64,000 nucleotides of DNA from Patescibacteria group bacterium (GCA_018819405.1 JAHJQF010000001.1:753469-817468); one strand, 5' to 3'; positions 19,975-31,288 are shown, counted from the first letter of the stretch. Notes: a model not told the origin generated them from the sequence alone. Made by a program: numbers and translations.

Positions 19975-20572
19975 ATTTTAATTTTTTAATTACCTTCTCT
20001 AGTGCTTTTCCGCGGTGACTCAGTCTTGATTTTTCCTCTGGCGTCAATTGAGTAAAAACTTTGTCACTACCTTCTGGATAAAATATTGAACTCCAGGGTA
20101 CACCCGGCTTAATTGGACAGACCAATTCTGTAGCAATTATACCTTGGCACTCCCCTCTTTCTGTAATTATTTCCTGACCATCATAAACTGCTACTACATC
20201 TACAAACTTTGCTATTCTTCTTTCAGTCGGAATATCTTTCATAGCAACAAACATTTTGTCTATGAGCTCCTGGTCACTCAGTCTCTGACCGCCCCAGCGT
20301 CTAGATTCTACTCCAGGCTGACCACCCAAAGCATCTACCTCCAATCCTCCGTCATCACTTAATACTGGCATTTTTGCCAACTGATAATAATATTTTACTT
20401 TAAGCAAAGCATTATCTTCAAAAGTTTGGCCGGTTTCTTCAGGGTCTTCATTAATATCTAAATCATTTAATGATAATAGTTCAATATTTAAAGAACTAAG
20501 TTGTTTTTTTATTTCTTCAAATTTTCCGGAATTGTGGGTGGCAATGAGTAGTTTATTTATTTTCATTATCAA
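19967..20572 (-). CDS. rdgB: Non-canonical purine NTP pyrophosphatase (RdgB/Ham1)
   Basis: [45 protein letters not shown]. Confidence 0.92.
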   Translation of the reverse strand: MIMKINKLLIATHNSGKFEEIKKQLSSLNIELLSLNDLDINEDPEETGQTFEDNALLKVKYYYQLAKMPVLSDDGGLEVDALGGQPGVESRRWGGQRLSDQELIDKMFVAMKDIPTERRIAKFVDVVAVYDGQEIITERGECQGIIATELVCPIKPGVPWSSIFYPEGSDKVFTQLTPEEKSRLSHRGKALEKVIKKLKYG

Positions 20573-20990
20573 AAGGATTAATGCCTAGTTTCATAAAATT
20601 ATCTACAGGTATCATACGAGGATACGGTAATTTATCCCATTCATACCAATCCCAACCACGGGCTTTATGAGGCTCCATATCCTTGACTTCTCCGCCAGCA
20701 TAATCACATACCAAGAAAATTGTAATAAAATGATCTGAATTATTAGGATAAATATCGTTAGTCAAGGTTAAAATTTTTACATTTTTAACATCAACATTAG
20801 TTTCTTCCTTTACCTCTCTGGCGGCACAATTTTCTATAGTTTCGCCAATTTCTATATTACCTCCCGGAAAATGCCAAAGATTTTTTCCAGGATCCTTTAA
20901 CCTTTCTGAAAATAAAACTTTACCATCTTTTCTCACAATTACTGCCGTGCCAACACCCGGTCTTAAATTTCCTTTTTGGTCTTTATTCAT
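20553..20990 (-). CDS. NUDIX hydrolase (MutT/NUDT15-like)
   Basis: PGGNIEIGETIENCAAREVKEET; MEPHK..GWDW. Confidence 0.9.
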   Translation of the reverse strand: MNKDQKGNLRPGVGTAVIVRKDGKVLFSERLKDPGKNLWHFPGGNIEIGETIENCAAREVKEETNVDVKNVKILTLTNDIYPNNSDHFITIFLVCDYAGGEVKDMEPHKARGWDWYEWDKLPYPRMIPVDNFMKLGINPFDNENK

Positions 20991-22476
20991 TTTTTGGTCT
21001 CATTGTTGGAAATAAAATAACTTCTTTTATATTTTCAATATCGCCCAACATCATGACTAATCTGTCTATTCCAATACCTAGTCCGGCGGTCGGTGGCATA
21101 CCGTGCTTCAAAGCTTCTACAAAATCATCGTCAGCACCCTGTGCTTCTTCGTCACCTGCTTCTCTAAGCTGTTTTTGTTCGGCAAATCTTTTTTCTTGAT
21201 CTAGCGGATCATTGAGCTCAGAAAAAGCATTGCAAAGCTCTGCTGTCTTAACAACCAATTGAAATCTTTCTACATAATTTGGTCTATCAGGAATTTTTTT
21301 GGCTAGTGGGGAAATCTCTAACGGATGATTAATCAAAAATACAGGCTGAATCAATTTGGTGCGTACAAACTTTTTATACAATTCATCAAGCAGTTTTCCT
21401 CTGCCCCAAGTTTTGTCAGGCTTTAGGCCAGCTTTTTTGGCTATATCAAAGAGCTCTTTATCATCAGTTTTTTCCAAATCAATCTTTAGAGCTTTTTCCA
21501 GTGACTCTTTAAAATCAATTCTCGGATATGGAGCTTTAAAATCCAGAGTGTCTTGGCCATTTTTTATTTTGGTACTATTATTATTTATTTTCTTGACCAG
21601 CCAAGCCATAAAATTTTCTACCATGACCATATAATAATTGTAGTCTTTGTAAGCTTCATAAGCTTCAATCTGGGTAAACTCAGGATTGTGCTGATGGTCA
21701 ATACCTTCATTTCTAAAGCAACGGGCAATTTCATAGACTTTGTCATAACCGCCAATTATTAGTCTCTTGAGATACAATTCTGGTGCCACACGAAGGTACA
21801 AAGGAATATCCAAAGCATTGTGGTGCGTGATAAATGGCTTGGCAGTTGCTCCGGAGGCGATGTGCTGCAAAACAGGAGTATCTACCTCGGTATAAGCCAT
21901 ATTGTCAAAATATTCTCTGGTATATTTTATGATTTTACTCCTCAAATCAAAAACTTTTTTGACCTCTGGATTGACTAATAAATCAAGATATCTTTTGCGA
22001 AATCTGGTATCAGGGTCTTTGAGACCATAATACTCATTTGGCATTGGTTTTAAGGCTTTGGAAAGTAAAGTAATTTTTGATACCAAAATAGTCGGCTCTT
22101 TTGTTTTAGTTTCAAAAGCACAGCCAGTCAGCTCTACAAAATCTGCTTCATCAATATCTGTTTTGAAAAAAGCATATTCTTTTTCACCAACATTGTCTTT
22201 TCTTAAAAACGCCTGAACAGTTGCACTGCCATCACGAAAATGAAAAAATGAAGAACCACCCTGAATTCTGAGACTGATTATTCTACCACTTAGAATAATC
22301 TTTTTTTGCGATTTTAAAAGCTTGGTAAAATCATCCAAAAATTCTTGGGTGGACATATTGACTGAAGTCCTGGCTGGGTATGGCTCCAAACCAGCTTTTT
22401 TTATAGCTGATAGTTTGGACAAACGCAGTTTATATTGATCATTGATATTTGGGCTTTTTTCTTGATTTTTCAGCAT
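20983..22476 (-). CDS. lysS: Lysine--tRNA ligase (class II)
   Basis: LRVAPELYLKRL, FRNEGID, GMPPTAGLGIGIDRL. Confidence 0.97.
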   Translation of the reverse strand: MLKNQEKSPNINDQYKLRLSKLSAIKKAGLEPYPARTSVNMSTQEFLDDFTKLLKSQKKIILSGRIISLRIQGGSSFFHFRDGSATVQAFLRKDNVGEKEYAFFKTDIDEADFVELTGCAFETKTKEPTILVSKITLLSKALKPMPNEYYGLKDPDTRFRKRYLDLLVNPEVKKVFDLRSKIIKYTREYFDNMAYTEVDTPVLQHIASGATAKPFITHHNALDIPLYLRVAPELYLKRLIIGGYDKVYEIARCFRNEGIDHQHNPEFTQIEAYEAYKDYNYYMVMVENFMAWLVKKINNNSTKIKNGQDTLDFKAPYPRIDFKESLEKALKIDLEKTDDKELFDIAKKAGLKPDKTWGRGKLLDELYKKFVRTKLIQPVFLINHPLEISPLAKKIPDRPNYVERFQLVVKTAELCNAFSELNDPLDQEKRFAEQKQLREAGDEEAQGADDDFVEALKHGMPPTAGLGIGIDRLVMMLGDIENIKEVILFPTMRPKNE

Positions 22477-22537
22477 AATATTAAAAAATAATTACATGAT
22501 AATAATACCCAAAATCGGGTTAAAAATCAAGGCAAAA

Positions 22538-23347
22538 TTAAGCCACTTTTGGCAATTTTTTACCTTTAAATTTACGAAGGTATTTTATAAAACTTATAAC
22601 ATGATTTCTGGCTGATTTGGAAAATAAGGTCTTTGGCAGACTTTCCGAAGCTGATTGACGACGATGAAGATGGATTACTTCGGCCTGACCAATATAGGCA
22701 ACTTTATAATTGTTTTCCCAAAAACGTCTAGACCAATCAAGATCTTCCATATACATAAAATATCTTTCATCCAACAAACCGACAGTTTGTAAAGCCTCTT
22801 TCCTAACAATCAAACAAGCGCCAAAAAGAGCCGGCACATAGCTATTTTTACTGTGATCCAAATCTTTCATCAGATATTTGTGAAGCCATTTTTGACCAGA
22901 CTTGGTATCTCCAAGAGAAGTACGTCTGTACAAAGGCAATTTCCAGTCAGGAAACTCTGTGCAAGAGTATTGAACAGACTTATCCGCATTAATTAGCCTA
23001 GGTCCAGCCAGTCCTACCTCAGGATGTCTTTCCATATACTGATACATCTTATCAATTGCATCTGATAATATTGCCAAATCAGGATTCATAACTAAAATAT
23101 ATTTTCCACTAGCTCTTTTGATACCCAGATTGTTGCCGGCTGCAAAACCTCCATTAATATCAGACTGCACAAAATGGACTTCAGGAAACTTCTCCTCTAT
23201 AATTTCTTTTATACCATCATAAGAAGCATTATCCACTACGATTATTTCATATTCATAGGGAATATTGATCTCATGAATAATATTTTTCAAGAGCTCTTTG
23301 GTTAAATTTTTATTATGATAATTTAAAATTATTATTGATAAATCCAT
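22538..23347 (-). CDS. GT2 glycosyltransferase (WbbL-like)
   Basis: LSIIILNY, VVDNAS, GFAAGNN, MNPD, YMEDLDW. Confidence 0.9.
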   Translation of the reverse strand: MDLSIIILNYHNKNLTKELLKNIIHEINIPYEYEIIVVDNASYDGIKEIIEEKFPEVHFVQSDINGGFAAGNNLGIKRASGKYILVMNPDLAILSDAIDKMYQYMERHPEVGLAGPRLINADKSVQYSCTEFPDWKLPLYRRTSLGDTKSGQKWLHKYLMKDLDHSKNSYVPALFGACLIVRKEALQTVGLLDERYFMYMEDLDWSRRFWENNYKVAYIGQAEVIHLHRRQSASESLPKTLFSKSARNHVISFIKYLRKFKGKKLPKVA

Positions 23348-23349
23348 AA

Positions 23350-24348
23350 TTATTTTTCAAACCATTTATAAATATCGTCTGCCTCAATTTTTCTATGTTT
23401 GGCAATATATTTTTTTTTGTCTTTAATTTTTGGTATCATTTTTATATACTCTGATAATCCTGACAATGTAGATCTTTCAAAAAACAAAAGATACATAAAT
23501 TTTTTAAACTCATACCATTTTATATATGGCCAGTCACGCCACAAATTTTTTAAATATGAATTTTTATATATTGTCAAAAAATGATTACGATAAGAAAGTT
23601 TATTGGCCATGCCCCTACTCTTTCTGCTCTGGCGCAAATCTTTACCTTTGGATACAGAACGATGATGATATGCTTTGGTAGTAGCAATCAACCAATTTTG
23701 CCAGCCAAAAAGCCTGAGGCGCCAAGCCAAGTCCACATCTTCCTTATAAGCGAAAAAAAAATCATCAAAACATTCTAAATGATTATCCTTGGCCTGCCAA
23801 GCAACCTGATCAATAGACCGACGACGATACAAAGTAGCTGCCGCTGACAAACCAAACACCTCCTGACTAGGTAAACTAAAATCCTCTTTACCCTGATAAG
23901 CATCAACTACTTGCCTCTTTCTGTCTATTTTGAGGCCGTATGAATCAATTATTTTGGTCTTTAAACCATTATCAAAATCCCAATACATTAATTTTCCCGC
24001 ACAACTGGCTGCTTTGGTATTAGTATCTAAAAATTCAACTAATTTACTCAGATAATCGGGCTCCAAAATAATATCTTGATTTATGACAAAAACATAATCA
24101 GAGTCTGACCAATTGATAAGCAAGTTATGCCCTCTGGCAAAACCAAGATTCTTTTTTTGTTCTATTATTCTGGCGTGCGGATGATGCTCCCTGACTATAG
24201 CCACAGAATTGTCACTTGAGGCATTATCTAATACCAAAAGATCCCAGTCCTTAAAATTTTGCTCATGCAAACTTTTTAGAAGCCATGGTAAATAACGCTC
24301 GCCGTTATAGGTCAGTAAACTAATAATAACTTTTTTTTTCTTTTGCAT
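23350..24348 (-). CDS. GT2 glycosyltransferase
   Basis: LLTYNG, LDNASSD, GFARGHN, YKEDVDL. Confidence 0.9.
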   Translation of the reverse strand: MQKKKKVIISLLTYNGERYLPWLLKSLHEQNFKDWDLLVLDNASSDNSVAIVREHHPHARIIEQKKNLGFARGHNLLINWSDSDYVFVINQDIILEPDYLSKLVEFLDTNTKAASCAGKLMYWDFDNGLKTKIIDSYGLKIDRKRQVVDAYQGKEDFSLPSQEVFGLSAAATLYRRRSIDQVAWQAKDNHLECFDDFFFAYKEDVDLAWRLRLFGWQNWLIATTKAYHHRSVSKGKDLRQSRKSRGMANKLSYRNHFLTIYKNSYLKNLWRDWPYIKWYEFKKFMYLLFFERSTLSGLSEYIKMIPKIKDKKKYIAKHRKIEADDIYKWFEK

Positions 24349-25765
24349 ATGTAGTAAATATAACTATAGAGATCATTAATAATCCCAGACCCAAAGGATG
24401 ATTTATATAAGGAGTAAAAATATGAATTATTATTAGGCTAGTAATAGCACTCAATATAGAAAGCACGCTTATTGGATCCTTATTGAGTATTTTATACCCT
24501 CTCTGATATATTTGCCAGAGCCATATAAAAAATACAAGGATAATACCCAAACCTGCTTTGAGCCACATATCGAGCCAGCCCCATTCAAAAGCATAGGTGG
24601 TATATGTGCCGTCAGGATTATTGTCATTTTTGATCCTAGGGTCAGATGACTGATAGGTCAATTCACGGCCAAAACCAGAGCCAATAATAATATTTTCCCC
24701 TATCGCCTTTTTCATAGGACCCAAAAGCTGACTACGACTACTAGCTGCTGCCTCGCTACTATCTACAGTCCTCTGATAAAATATATTAAAGCCGTGATAT
24801 TTTGGTGTATTATAAAAAAATAAAACTATCAAGCTACTTGAAATAAGTAAAACAAAAAGCCAAACAAAAATATAAACCGATAAATGTTTTTTTTGGTAAA
24901 AGAAAATATTGATCAATAAAAACACCAGTCCAACAAATGCACCCAGCCAAAAACTACGCGATAGACTTATTAATAATGCCGCCGAAATCAAACTAAGTAA
25001 CAAAAAATTTGTTTTGTTTTTAAAATCTTTTATCTGATACAAAAACATATAAAACCAGGCCAACAAAAGATAAAATTGTGATTGGAAAAATATCCTAAAA
25101 AATCCCTGCCCAAAAGGTGTAATCTCACCTGTCCTAGTATCACGGATCCACTTGTATATCAAATTGGTATTCAAAAAAGAATAATCTGCCACAAAAATAT
25201 TAAAAATAATAACAGTCTTTAGGGCTATGATAATGGCCGCCGCTTTTATAATCTCAAAAAACTCTGCCACAAAATTACTTTCAAAAATCTGATACCAAAC
25301 TGGTAAATAAAAAAGATATAAATAAGCATTGGCATCAAAAAATATATTGGCTATTGGATAAGACTTCAAGTAGCCATTTAAAACTCCGGCGGCAACAAAC
25401 ACCAATAAAAATAAAAAAATAAATAATAAGGTTCCGTCTTTTAGTATTTTCCAATTTCTAAAATTTATATTTTTGACAAACCAGACAAAAATAACCGCCA
25501 AAAATATAGACAATCGTAAATTAAAATAACCATATTCAAAGCCGTGCCCTAATGAGCCCCAGGCTAACTCGGCAATCGGTATATAAAAATAATATCTAGA
25601 ATCTTTGAAACACAAAATCACAGTGACTAGTGCCGTCAAAATTAAAATATAAAGATTAAGCTGGCTAAAATTATAGGCCAGCCAAGACAAAAATTCCAAA
25701 ATTATAAATCCGGAAAGATAGTATAGATATTTATTATTTGTATTTATTTTTGAGAAAAATGACAT
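24320..25765 (-). CDS. O-antigen ligase/polymerase-like membrane protein
   Basis: About 11 TM helices, SLSRSFW and GSGFG motifs, inside the glycan locus. Confidence 0.75.
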   Translation of the reverse strand: MSFFSKINTNNKYLYYLSGFIILEFLSWLAYNFSQLNLYILILTALVTVILCFKDSRYYFYIPIAELAWGSLGHGFEYGYFNLRLSIFLAVIFVWFVKNINFRNWKILKDGTLLFIFLFLLVFVAAGVLNGYLKSYPIANIFFDANAYLYLFYLPVWYQIFESNFVAEFFEIIKAAAIIIALKTVIIFNIFVADYSFLNTNLIYKWIRDTRTGEITPFGQGFFRIFFQSQFYLLLAWFYMFLYQIKDFKNKTNFLLLSLISAALLISLSRSFWLGAFVGLVFLLINIFFYQKKHLSVYIFVWLFVLLISSSLIVLFFYNTPKYHGFNIFYQRTVDSSEAAASSRSQLLGPMKKAIGENIIIGSGFGRELTYQSSDPRIKNDNNPDGTYTTYAFEWGWLDMWLKAGLGIILVFFIWLWQIYQRGYKILNKDPISVLSILSAITSLIIIHIFTPYINHPLGLGLLMISIVIFTTYAKEKKSYY

Positions 25766-26603
25766 AAAAAACTGTCAACAAAATATTTATAGGTATAATC
25801 AACAAAATAATTAACCACTCTATGAAAGGTTTGTGTTTGAAAAAATATCTGAGTATACTTTTATTAAATATTATCTGTTTGCGCAAACTGTTTCTCTGGC
25901 TAAAACTTTCTCCACCCTTGTGAATGATAGTGGCATAAGGTATATATTTTATCTTGAGTCCAGCTTGTACAGCCCGCAAACAAAAATCAACCTCTTCAAA
26001 CCATATAAAAAATTTCTCATCAAATTTTCCAATCTTTTCAAAGACATTTCGCCTGATAAGCATTGCCGCCCCCATTATCTGCTCCACCTCCTGCTCCTTG
26101 CTATAATTAAAATCATTGGCTAAATAATTGGACAATAACTTATTGTCTACCAAAATATTTTTGAGCTTTAACATAATTAATATCTGAGACAATAAATCAG
26201 GAAAACGCCTAACTGAGGACTGATTAGATCCATCAGGGTTGATAATTTTTGGCCCTACTATATCTACACTAGGATTATTTTTAAAATATTTTAATGCTTC
26301 CTCAAAAAAACCATCAGTAACTTCTGTATCTGGATTGAGCAAAAAAATTATATCCGCATGCGCCTGCTCTAAAGCTAAATTATTGGCCGCGGCAAAACCA
26401 ATATTTTGTGGTAGAGCTATCATTCTGATCATTGGATATTCCATCATTACCATCTCTGAAGTACCGTCTGCAGAATCATTGTCTACCACTATTATTTCTA
26501 ATTGCTTGTTGCCAGTCTCAGCCAAAATAGAATTGAGACATTTTTCTAATAATGCCCTGACTTTCCAATTAACTATGATTATTGATACATCCGGTCTTGT
26601 CAT
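25734..26603 (-). CDS. GT2 glycosyltransferase (WbbL-like)
   Basis: VSIIIVNW, VVDNDS, GFAAANN, LNPD, WFEEVDF. Confidence 0.9.
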   Translation of the reverse strand: MTRPDVSIIIVNWKVRALLEKCLNSILAETGNKQLEIIVVDNDSADGTSEMVMMEYPMIRMIALPQNIGFAAANNLALEQAHADIIFLLNPDTEVTDGFFEEALKYFKNNPSVDIVGPKIINPDGSNQSSVRRFPDLLSQILIMLKLKNILVDNKLLSNYLANDFNYSKEQEVEQIMGAAMLIRRNVFEKIGKFDEKFFIWFEEVDFCLRAVQAGLKIKYIPYATIIHKGGESFSQRNSLRKQIIFNKSILRYFFKHKPFIEWLIILLIIPINILLTVFYVIFLKNKYK

Positions 26604-26605
26604 AT

Positions 26606-27775
26606 CTAATTTAGCTTATTGTCTATAAGATCCAACATTTTTGATACTGTATTAAACCAAGAAAATTTCTTTACGAATTCCTGACGAACAGCTTGTTTTT
26701 CTGCATTGTCTGATGACAACTCATCATTCATTTTTTGATTAAAATCAGCATAATCTTTGGCGGTTGAAATTATTTCTTGGACATTTTCTGTACCAATATT
26801 TTCGGTAGCCACCACTGGCTTGCCACAAGCTAAATATTCATACATTTTCATAGGATTGGTACTAGCTGAAAATCCGGCTGTCTTGTGCGGTATAATACCC
26901 ACATCAAATTGCTGTATATATATAGGGGCATCACTATATTTTTTGTAGCCCAAAAAAAATATATTTTCTTCTTTTTCAAGCTCTGCTTTTTTGCTTTCCT
27001 GTTCAGCCCAGACCGGACCGACCAATACAACAGATTTGTCCCGATTATGCTCAGCTAAATATTTTACCAAATCAAGATCTACCTTATCCTGAATCACGCC
27101 TAGATAACCAATTATTGGCTTTTTTATATCAGCAATATCACGATTAATCAGAGCAAATTTTTTATTGTAATGTTTGATATCAACTCCGTTTGGCATCCAA
27201 TATACATTTGGCTGATCATCAAAAAAATTGGTCAGATTTTTTGACACTACAAATATCAAATCAGCTGAATCCTTGATTGTCTCATAAGATTTTTTGAGTT
27301 TATCTGTATATTTGTTATAAGAAGAATGAAGTAACCAATTGTCAACTGCATCAAAGACTGTCAGCTTCTGACCAAAATTGTCCCAATGTGGAGCAATGAA
27401 AGGATAATATGACCACAACACTAAATTACCAAAGTTGAGGTCAATTGCCATTTTTTTGACACGCTTGATAGTATTTTTTGGTCTAAGCCAAAAATCAATA
27501 TCAGTATAAATATATAATTTTTCAGAAACCTTAGAAACTTTGTAAGTTAAACCCCTTTTTATTGTTTTTGAATCTTTAATATTGAGTACCAAATCTTCTT
27601 TGTAAGCCCGGATTGATCGCTTTAGATTCAAGGGCAAATAATCAACCGCCAATATCTTGCCAATTTCTTCACGGTTACTAAGCTCACATAAAATATGATA
27701 ATTACGGTTGGAAACGCCCTCATCCCATTCGGAATAATTGGACATATTAAATATGACTAAATCAAATTTTTTCAT
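26606..27775 (-). CDS. GT-B glycosyltransferase (TuaH-like, GT4)
   Basis: NGVD, IGYLG, NPMKMYEYLACGKPVV. Confidence 0.85.
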   Translation of the reverse strand: MKKFDLVIFNMSNYSEWDEGVSNRNYHILCELSNREEIGKILAVDYLPLNLKRSIRAYKEDLVLNIKDSKTIKRGLTYKVSKVSEKLYIYTDIDFWLRPKNTIKRVKKMAIDLNFGNLVLWSYYPFIAPHWDNFGQKLTVFDAVDNWLLHSSYNKYTDKLKKSYETIKDSADLIFVVSKNLTNFFDDQPNVYWMPNGVDIKHYNKKFALINRDIADIKKPIIGYLGVIQDKVDLDLVKYLAEHNRDKSVVLVGPVWAEQESKKAELEKEENIFFLGYKKYSDAPIYIQQFDVGIIPHKTAGFSASTNPMKMYEYLACGKPVVATENIGTENVQEIISTAKDYADFNQKMNDELSSDNAEKQAVRQEFVKKFSWFNTVSKMLDLIDNKLN

Positions 27776-27778
27776 ATA

Positions 27779-28879
27779 TTATTGTAAAATCTGCTTTAAA
27801 ATGTCGCTTTTTCTGCTAACATTATTAAAATTTTGTATTATTTGATAAGCTCTATCTGACAGTTTATCAGCTTCTTTTTTATTTTTCAACAAATATCTCA
27901 AATGTCTGTTTAGCTGACGAACATCAGCATTTTCAACCATCAATACATCATCTGGACTAAATATTTCTGTCACTCCGCCTCTGGCTCCGCAAATGATGGG
28001 AATATGCATATTGGCCGCTTCCAAATAAACAATCCCCAAACCCTCTATATCACCTTCTTCTGACCTATGAGGCATCACAAATACATCAGACATTTTATAA
28101 AAATATATTTTTTCCTGATCTTTAATATTTTCAAAGAGAAAAACTTTTTTATTCAAATTTTTTTCTTTTATCAATTTTTTAATATTATCTTTTTCCGGAC
28201 CAGAACCAACAATAAAATATTTTATGTTATATTCGTCTTTTAACTGACTGATAGCATCTATGACTAAATCATGCCCCTTTCTCTTGACTAAGCGGCCAAC
28301 TGTCAACAATATTTTTTCACCATCTTTGATATCCAATTTTTTCCTAAAAGCCTCCAATACCCTAGTATCATACTTATCAACCAAATCAACACTGGGATAA
28401 ATAAGGCTTATCTTTTTTTCATCCAGATCAAGACCTTTTAGCGACAAAGCTGTACTCTGACTATTTACAATAATGTGTTTTGCATTGTGCAATATCTTTT
28501 TGGTTAATTCTGGCTTATTTTTTAAAGCCAAATTTATATCCAGACCATGCAAAGATATGATGTAAGGTATTTTCAGAAAATATGCTACGCTGCCGAGTGG
28601 CAAAATATTTGGCGTAAAAATTTGTTCTATACTATTTTCTTTTATAATTTTTTTTAATTTCAAAATAGATAATCCCCAACTTGGTTTGACTAGCGGCCAA
28701 CGCAATCTCGTGTTTATAATATTATCATGTGACTTTACTTCTTTATGATCTGTTAATACCAAATAATCATCTTTATTATAATCCTTAAATAAATTATAAA
28801 CATAGCGGGCCACTCCCCCTTTGAAAGGATAATATTCGTGAGTTAAAACCAAAGTTTTTTTCATTCCCTTAAAAATCAT
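27779..28879 (-). CDS. GT4 glycosyltransferase
   Basis: YYPFKGGVA, TVGRLVKRKG, EGLGIVYLEA. Confidence 0.9.
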   Translation of the reverse strand: MIFKGMKKTLVLTHEYYPFKGGVARYVYNLFKDYNKDDYLVLTDHKEVKSHDNIINTRLRWPLVKPSWGLSILKLKKIIKENSIEQIFTPNILPLGSVAYFLKIPYIISLHGLDINLALKNKPELTKKILHNAKHIIVNSQSTALSLKGLDLDEKKISLIYPSVDLVDKYDTRVLEAFRKKLDIKDGEKILLTVGRLVKRKGHDLVIDAISQLKDEYNIKYFIVGSGPEKDNIKKLIKEKNLNKKVFLFENIKDQEKIYFYKMSDVFVMPHRSEEGDIEGLGIVYLEAANMHIPIICGARGGVTEIFSPDDVLMVENADVRQLNRHLRYLLKNKKEADKLSDRAYQIIQNFNNVSRKSDILKQILQ

Positions 28880-30321
28880 GAAGTCTTAAAAAATGATTTT
28901 TTCAAACTCATTATATCAGCTTGTGACATGGTCTTAGTTGTAAACATAATAACTATATAAACCAACGCCCCTAGGACAATTGTAAAATACCAACTCATAA
29001 AATCTTTTAAATATATAACTACAAAATACATTATCAAAGAAGACAAAAATGAGCCTAAAATAGGCAAAAAATAACGCCATTTTAACTGAGCAATATGCGC
29101 CACAATAAATAAATTTAGAGAAAATAATAATACTGTACTCATGGTAGAAGCCAGACTAGCCCCCCAGATACCAAAGCGTGGGATGAAAAATAAATTTAAA
29201 ATTACATTAAAGGCCATGACTAAACCCAAATTCCTAGTATTTGTTTTTTCACGTCCTGAGGCATTCAAAAAACTGGACAGAGAAAAATTGATAAACAAAA
29301 ACGGAATGGAGGCAATAAGCACCTGTAGTGGAAAAACAGAAAAGCTAAACTCGGAAGTATAAAGATATGGCACTATCTGATGAGCTAAAGCAATAATGCC
29401 AAAGCTAATGGGCAAGGAAATGAAGGCTAAATAATTAAAAGCTTTACTAAAAACTTGCCTTAGTTTGGCCTGATCATTTTTGAAAAAATCTGTAAAAGCC
29501 GGGTAAAGAGCGGCCACAAATGCCAGTGGTATAAATTGCAAAGCAAAAGTTATCTTGTAGGCAATACTATAGAAACCTACTTCTTCATCACCAAGATATA
29601 TTTTCAACAAAAATGTGTCCATATAAGCATAAATCTTGGCAAAAATTGCCGCTAAGGCAAAAGGCAAGGCTACCTTGATAATTTTTTTGGCCAATCCTTT
29701 GTCAAAATATATTGCTGGTTTGACATGGAATTTATTCAAAAGTATCAGGAAGGAATAAATCATATTAAACAAACTAGCTGTCAACAAAACTGTGAGTAAT
29801 ATAAAAACATCAGTAGTAAATTGCAATAAGCTAAGACCCATCACAATCACAATAACTTGAAAGATTATAGTACCCCATGATTCCCATTTTAGACTTTGCT
29901 TGCCTCGAATATACGCATAAAAAAATAAAGTAAAACTATCTATCACAATAATTGCCGTAGTCAGATAAATAAGGTTTCTGACAGCGTCATTATAAAAAAT
30001 AATAGTATCTAAAAAATAAATCACAATGACCGTCACTAAAGCAAGCAATAACTTAAAAGTAAAAATCTGATCAAACCACCTTTTGGTATCATTATTTTCT
30101 TTGGCAGTCTCTCTGATAAGTAGTGGCGACATACCTAGATCAGAGATAACTGCAAACATAGTAGCAAAAGAAATAGCAAAAAAATACTGCCCAGTAGCCC
30201 CAACTCCCAGAGCTCTAGCTAAAAGAGTAAAATACACAAAAGACAGCACCTTTTGCAGTATAAGAGCTGTCATAAAAAAACTAGTGTTGGCAGTGATTTT
30301 TTGGGCGCTTACCATACCCAT
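28876..30321 (-). CDS. Polysaccharide flippase (Wzx/MOP family)
   Basis: About 14 TM, LARALG..GQY, DLGM, VGFYSIA, IPRFGIWGASLA. Confidence 0.9.
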   Translation of the reverse strand: MGMVSAQKITANTSFFMTALILQKVLSFVYFTLLARALGVGATGQYFFAISFATMFAVISDLGMSPLLIRETAKENNDTKRWFDQIFTFKLLLALVTVIVIYFLDTIIFYNDAVRNLIYLTTAIIVIDSFTLFFYAYIRGKQSLKWESWGTIIFQVIVIVMGLSLLQFTTDVFILLTVLLTASLFNMIYSFLILLNKFHVKPAIYFDKGLAKKIIKVALPFALAAIFAKIYAYMDTFLLKIYLGDEEVGFYSIAYKITFALQFIPLAFVAALYPAFTDFFKNDQAKLRQVFSKAFNYLAFISLPISFGIIALAHQIVPYLYTSEFSFSVFPLQVLIASIPFLFINFSLSSFLNASGREKTNTRNLGLVMAFNVILNLFFIPRFGIWGASLASTMSTVLLFSLNLFIVAHIAQLKWRYFLPILGSFLSSLIMYFVVIYLKDFMSWYFTIVLGALVYIVIMFTTKTMSQADIMSLKKSFFKTS

Positions 30322-30440
30322 TAGGCAATTAATTATTGAGTATATTTAAGACATTTGTCCCATTAATTTTCTAACGGGATATAGCCACATTATATCAGAA
30401 AACCCAACAAAAATAAATCTTTTTGGTGTTTTTATCTCTA

Positions 30441-30469
30441 TTGACAAAAATGATATATTATGATATAGT
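30441..30469 (+). promoter_or_regulatory. Sigma70 promoter of GC-rich cassette 1 (TTGACA-N14-TGa-TATAGT)
   Basis: ttgaca aaaatgatatattatga tatagt; 17-bp spacer. Confidence 0.8.
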
Positions 30470-30537
30470 ATAGATGATATCTATCGGCGGAGACACCCTC
30501 CTCCTAAAATTGTTCACCGCAACGGAAGGTACGTGTC

Positions 30538-30780
30538 ATAAAAATCGGAACCGTACTTCTCATTACCAACGTGATCTCTGGAGCCACCAACTTCATCTGT
30601 GCCTGCACCCTGTGCAAGATGATTATGTCCACGGACAAGATCGATAAACCGCTGGAGAATTTCCTGAGCATCCTGATCATGGTAATGCTTATGGGTGGTA
30701 TCACGAGCATCATCCACTCGATTATCTGGGTCCTCCAGGACACCATCGGCAAGGAAAATCGTACTCACAACGGTGGCTAA
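30538..30780 (+). CDS. Small two-helix membrane protein in GC-rich cassette 1 (start ATA at 30538 or GTG at 30571)
   Basis: GGAAGG SD 8 nt before an in-frame ATA; two hydrophobic segments; C-ending codon bias. Confidence 0.5.
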   Translation: MKIGTVLLITNVISGATNFICACTLCKMIMSTDKIDKPLENFLSILIMVMLMGGITSIIHSIIWVLQDTIGKENRTHNGG

Positions 30781-30802
30781 TCCACCAGAAGGGAAGTATA
30801 CA

Positions 30803-31288
30803 ATGGAACTGAAATTCGGACCCCGATCCCAGGCCTCGTTGTTCCTGACCTCCTTCGGCATCGGCAACATATTCTGGCAGCTGCCCTGGTGGGTCAACGC
30901 CATCCTGATCGTCTTCGGCCTCCTGCTCGGCGCCGCCTACCACATGAGCAACGAGAAACGCTACATCCTGTGGCCCCAGGCCATCAACAACCCGCACACG
31001 GGTAATGTAGCCCCCAGCGCCAAGTTCGACTTCTCTGGCCTAATGAAGGTCGAGCGCGAGCACCTAGCAGCTCGGATCGTCAGATACTGCCGCCACAATG
31101 GAAACAGCTGGGCGCATTTCACCTATGACGATCTGATCAAGTTCGTCAAATCTACGGAAGGTGCTTCTGCCTTTCCTCGGGTCAGTGTGACTGACCTGGA
31201 CTGGATGCAGAGCTATGGTCTGCTCAACCGCGTCTGCGGAATGTACGTTGTTAGCGACGAGTTCGTCCGCCGCTACTACCGAGGATAG
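30803..31288 (+). CDS. Hypothetical membrane-anchored protein (2 TM + soluble C-domain) in GC-rich cassette 1
   Basis: AAGGGAAG SD before ATG 30803; strong GC3 bias; ends just before the terminator. Confidence 0.7.
   Translation: MELKFGPRSQASLFLTSFGIGNIFWQLPWWVNAILIVFGLLLGAAYHMSNEKRYILWPQAINNPHTGNVAPSAKFDFSGLMKVEREHLAARIVRYCRHNGNSWAHFTYDDLIKFVKSTEGASAFPRVSVTDLDWMQSYGLLNRVCGMYVVSDEFVRRYYRG

Noticed and set aside
30504-30997. Minus-strand ORFs over cassette 1 and the 30695 start for the plus ORF
   Set aside because: Antisense shadows; the 30695 start overlaps the first ORF and lacks an SD, whereas 30803 has one.
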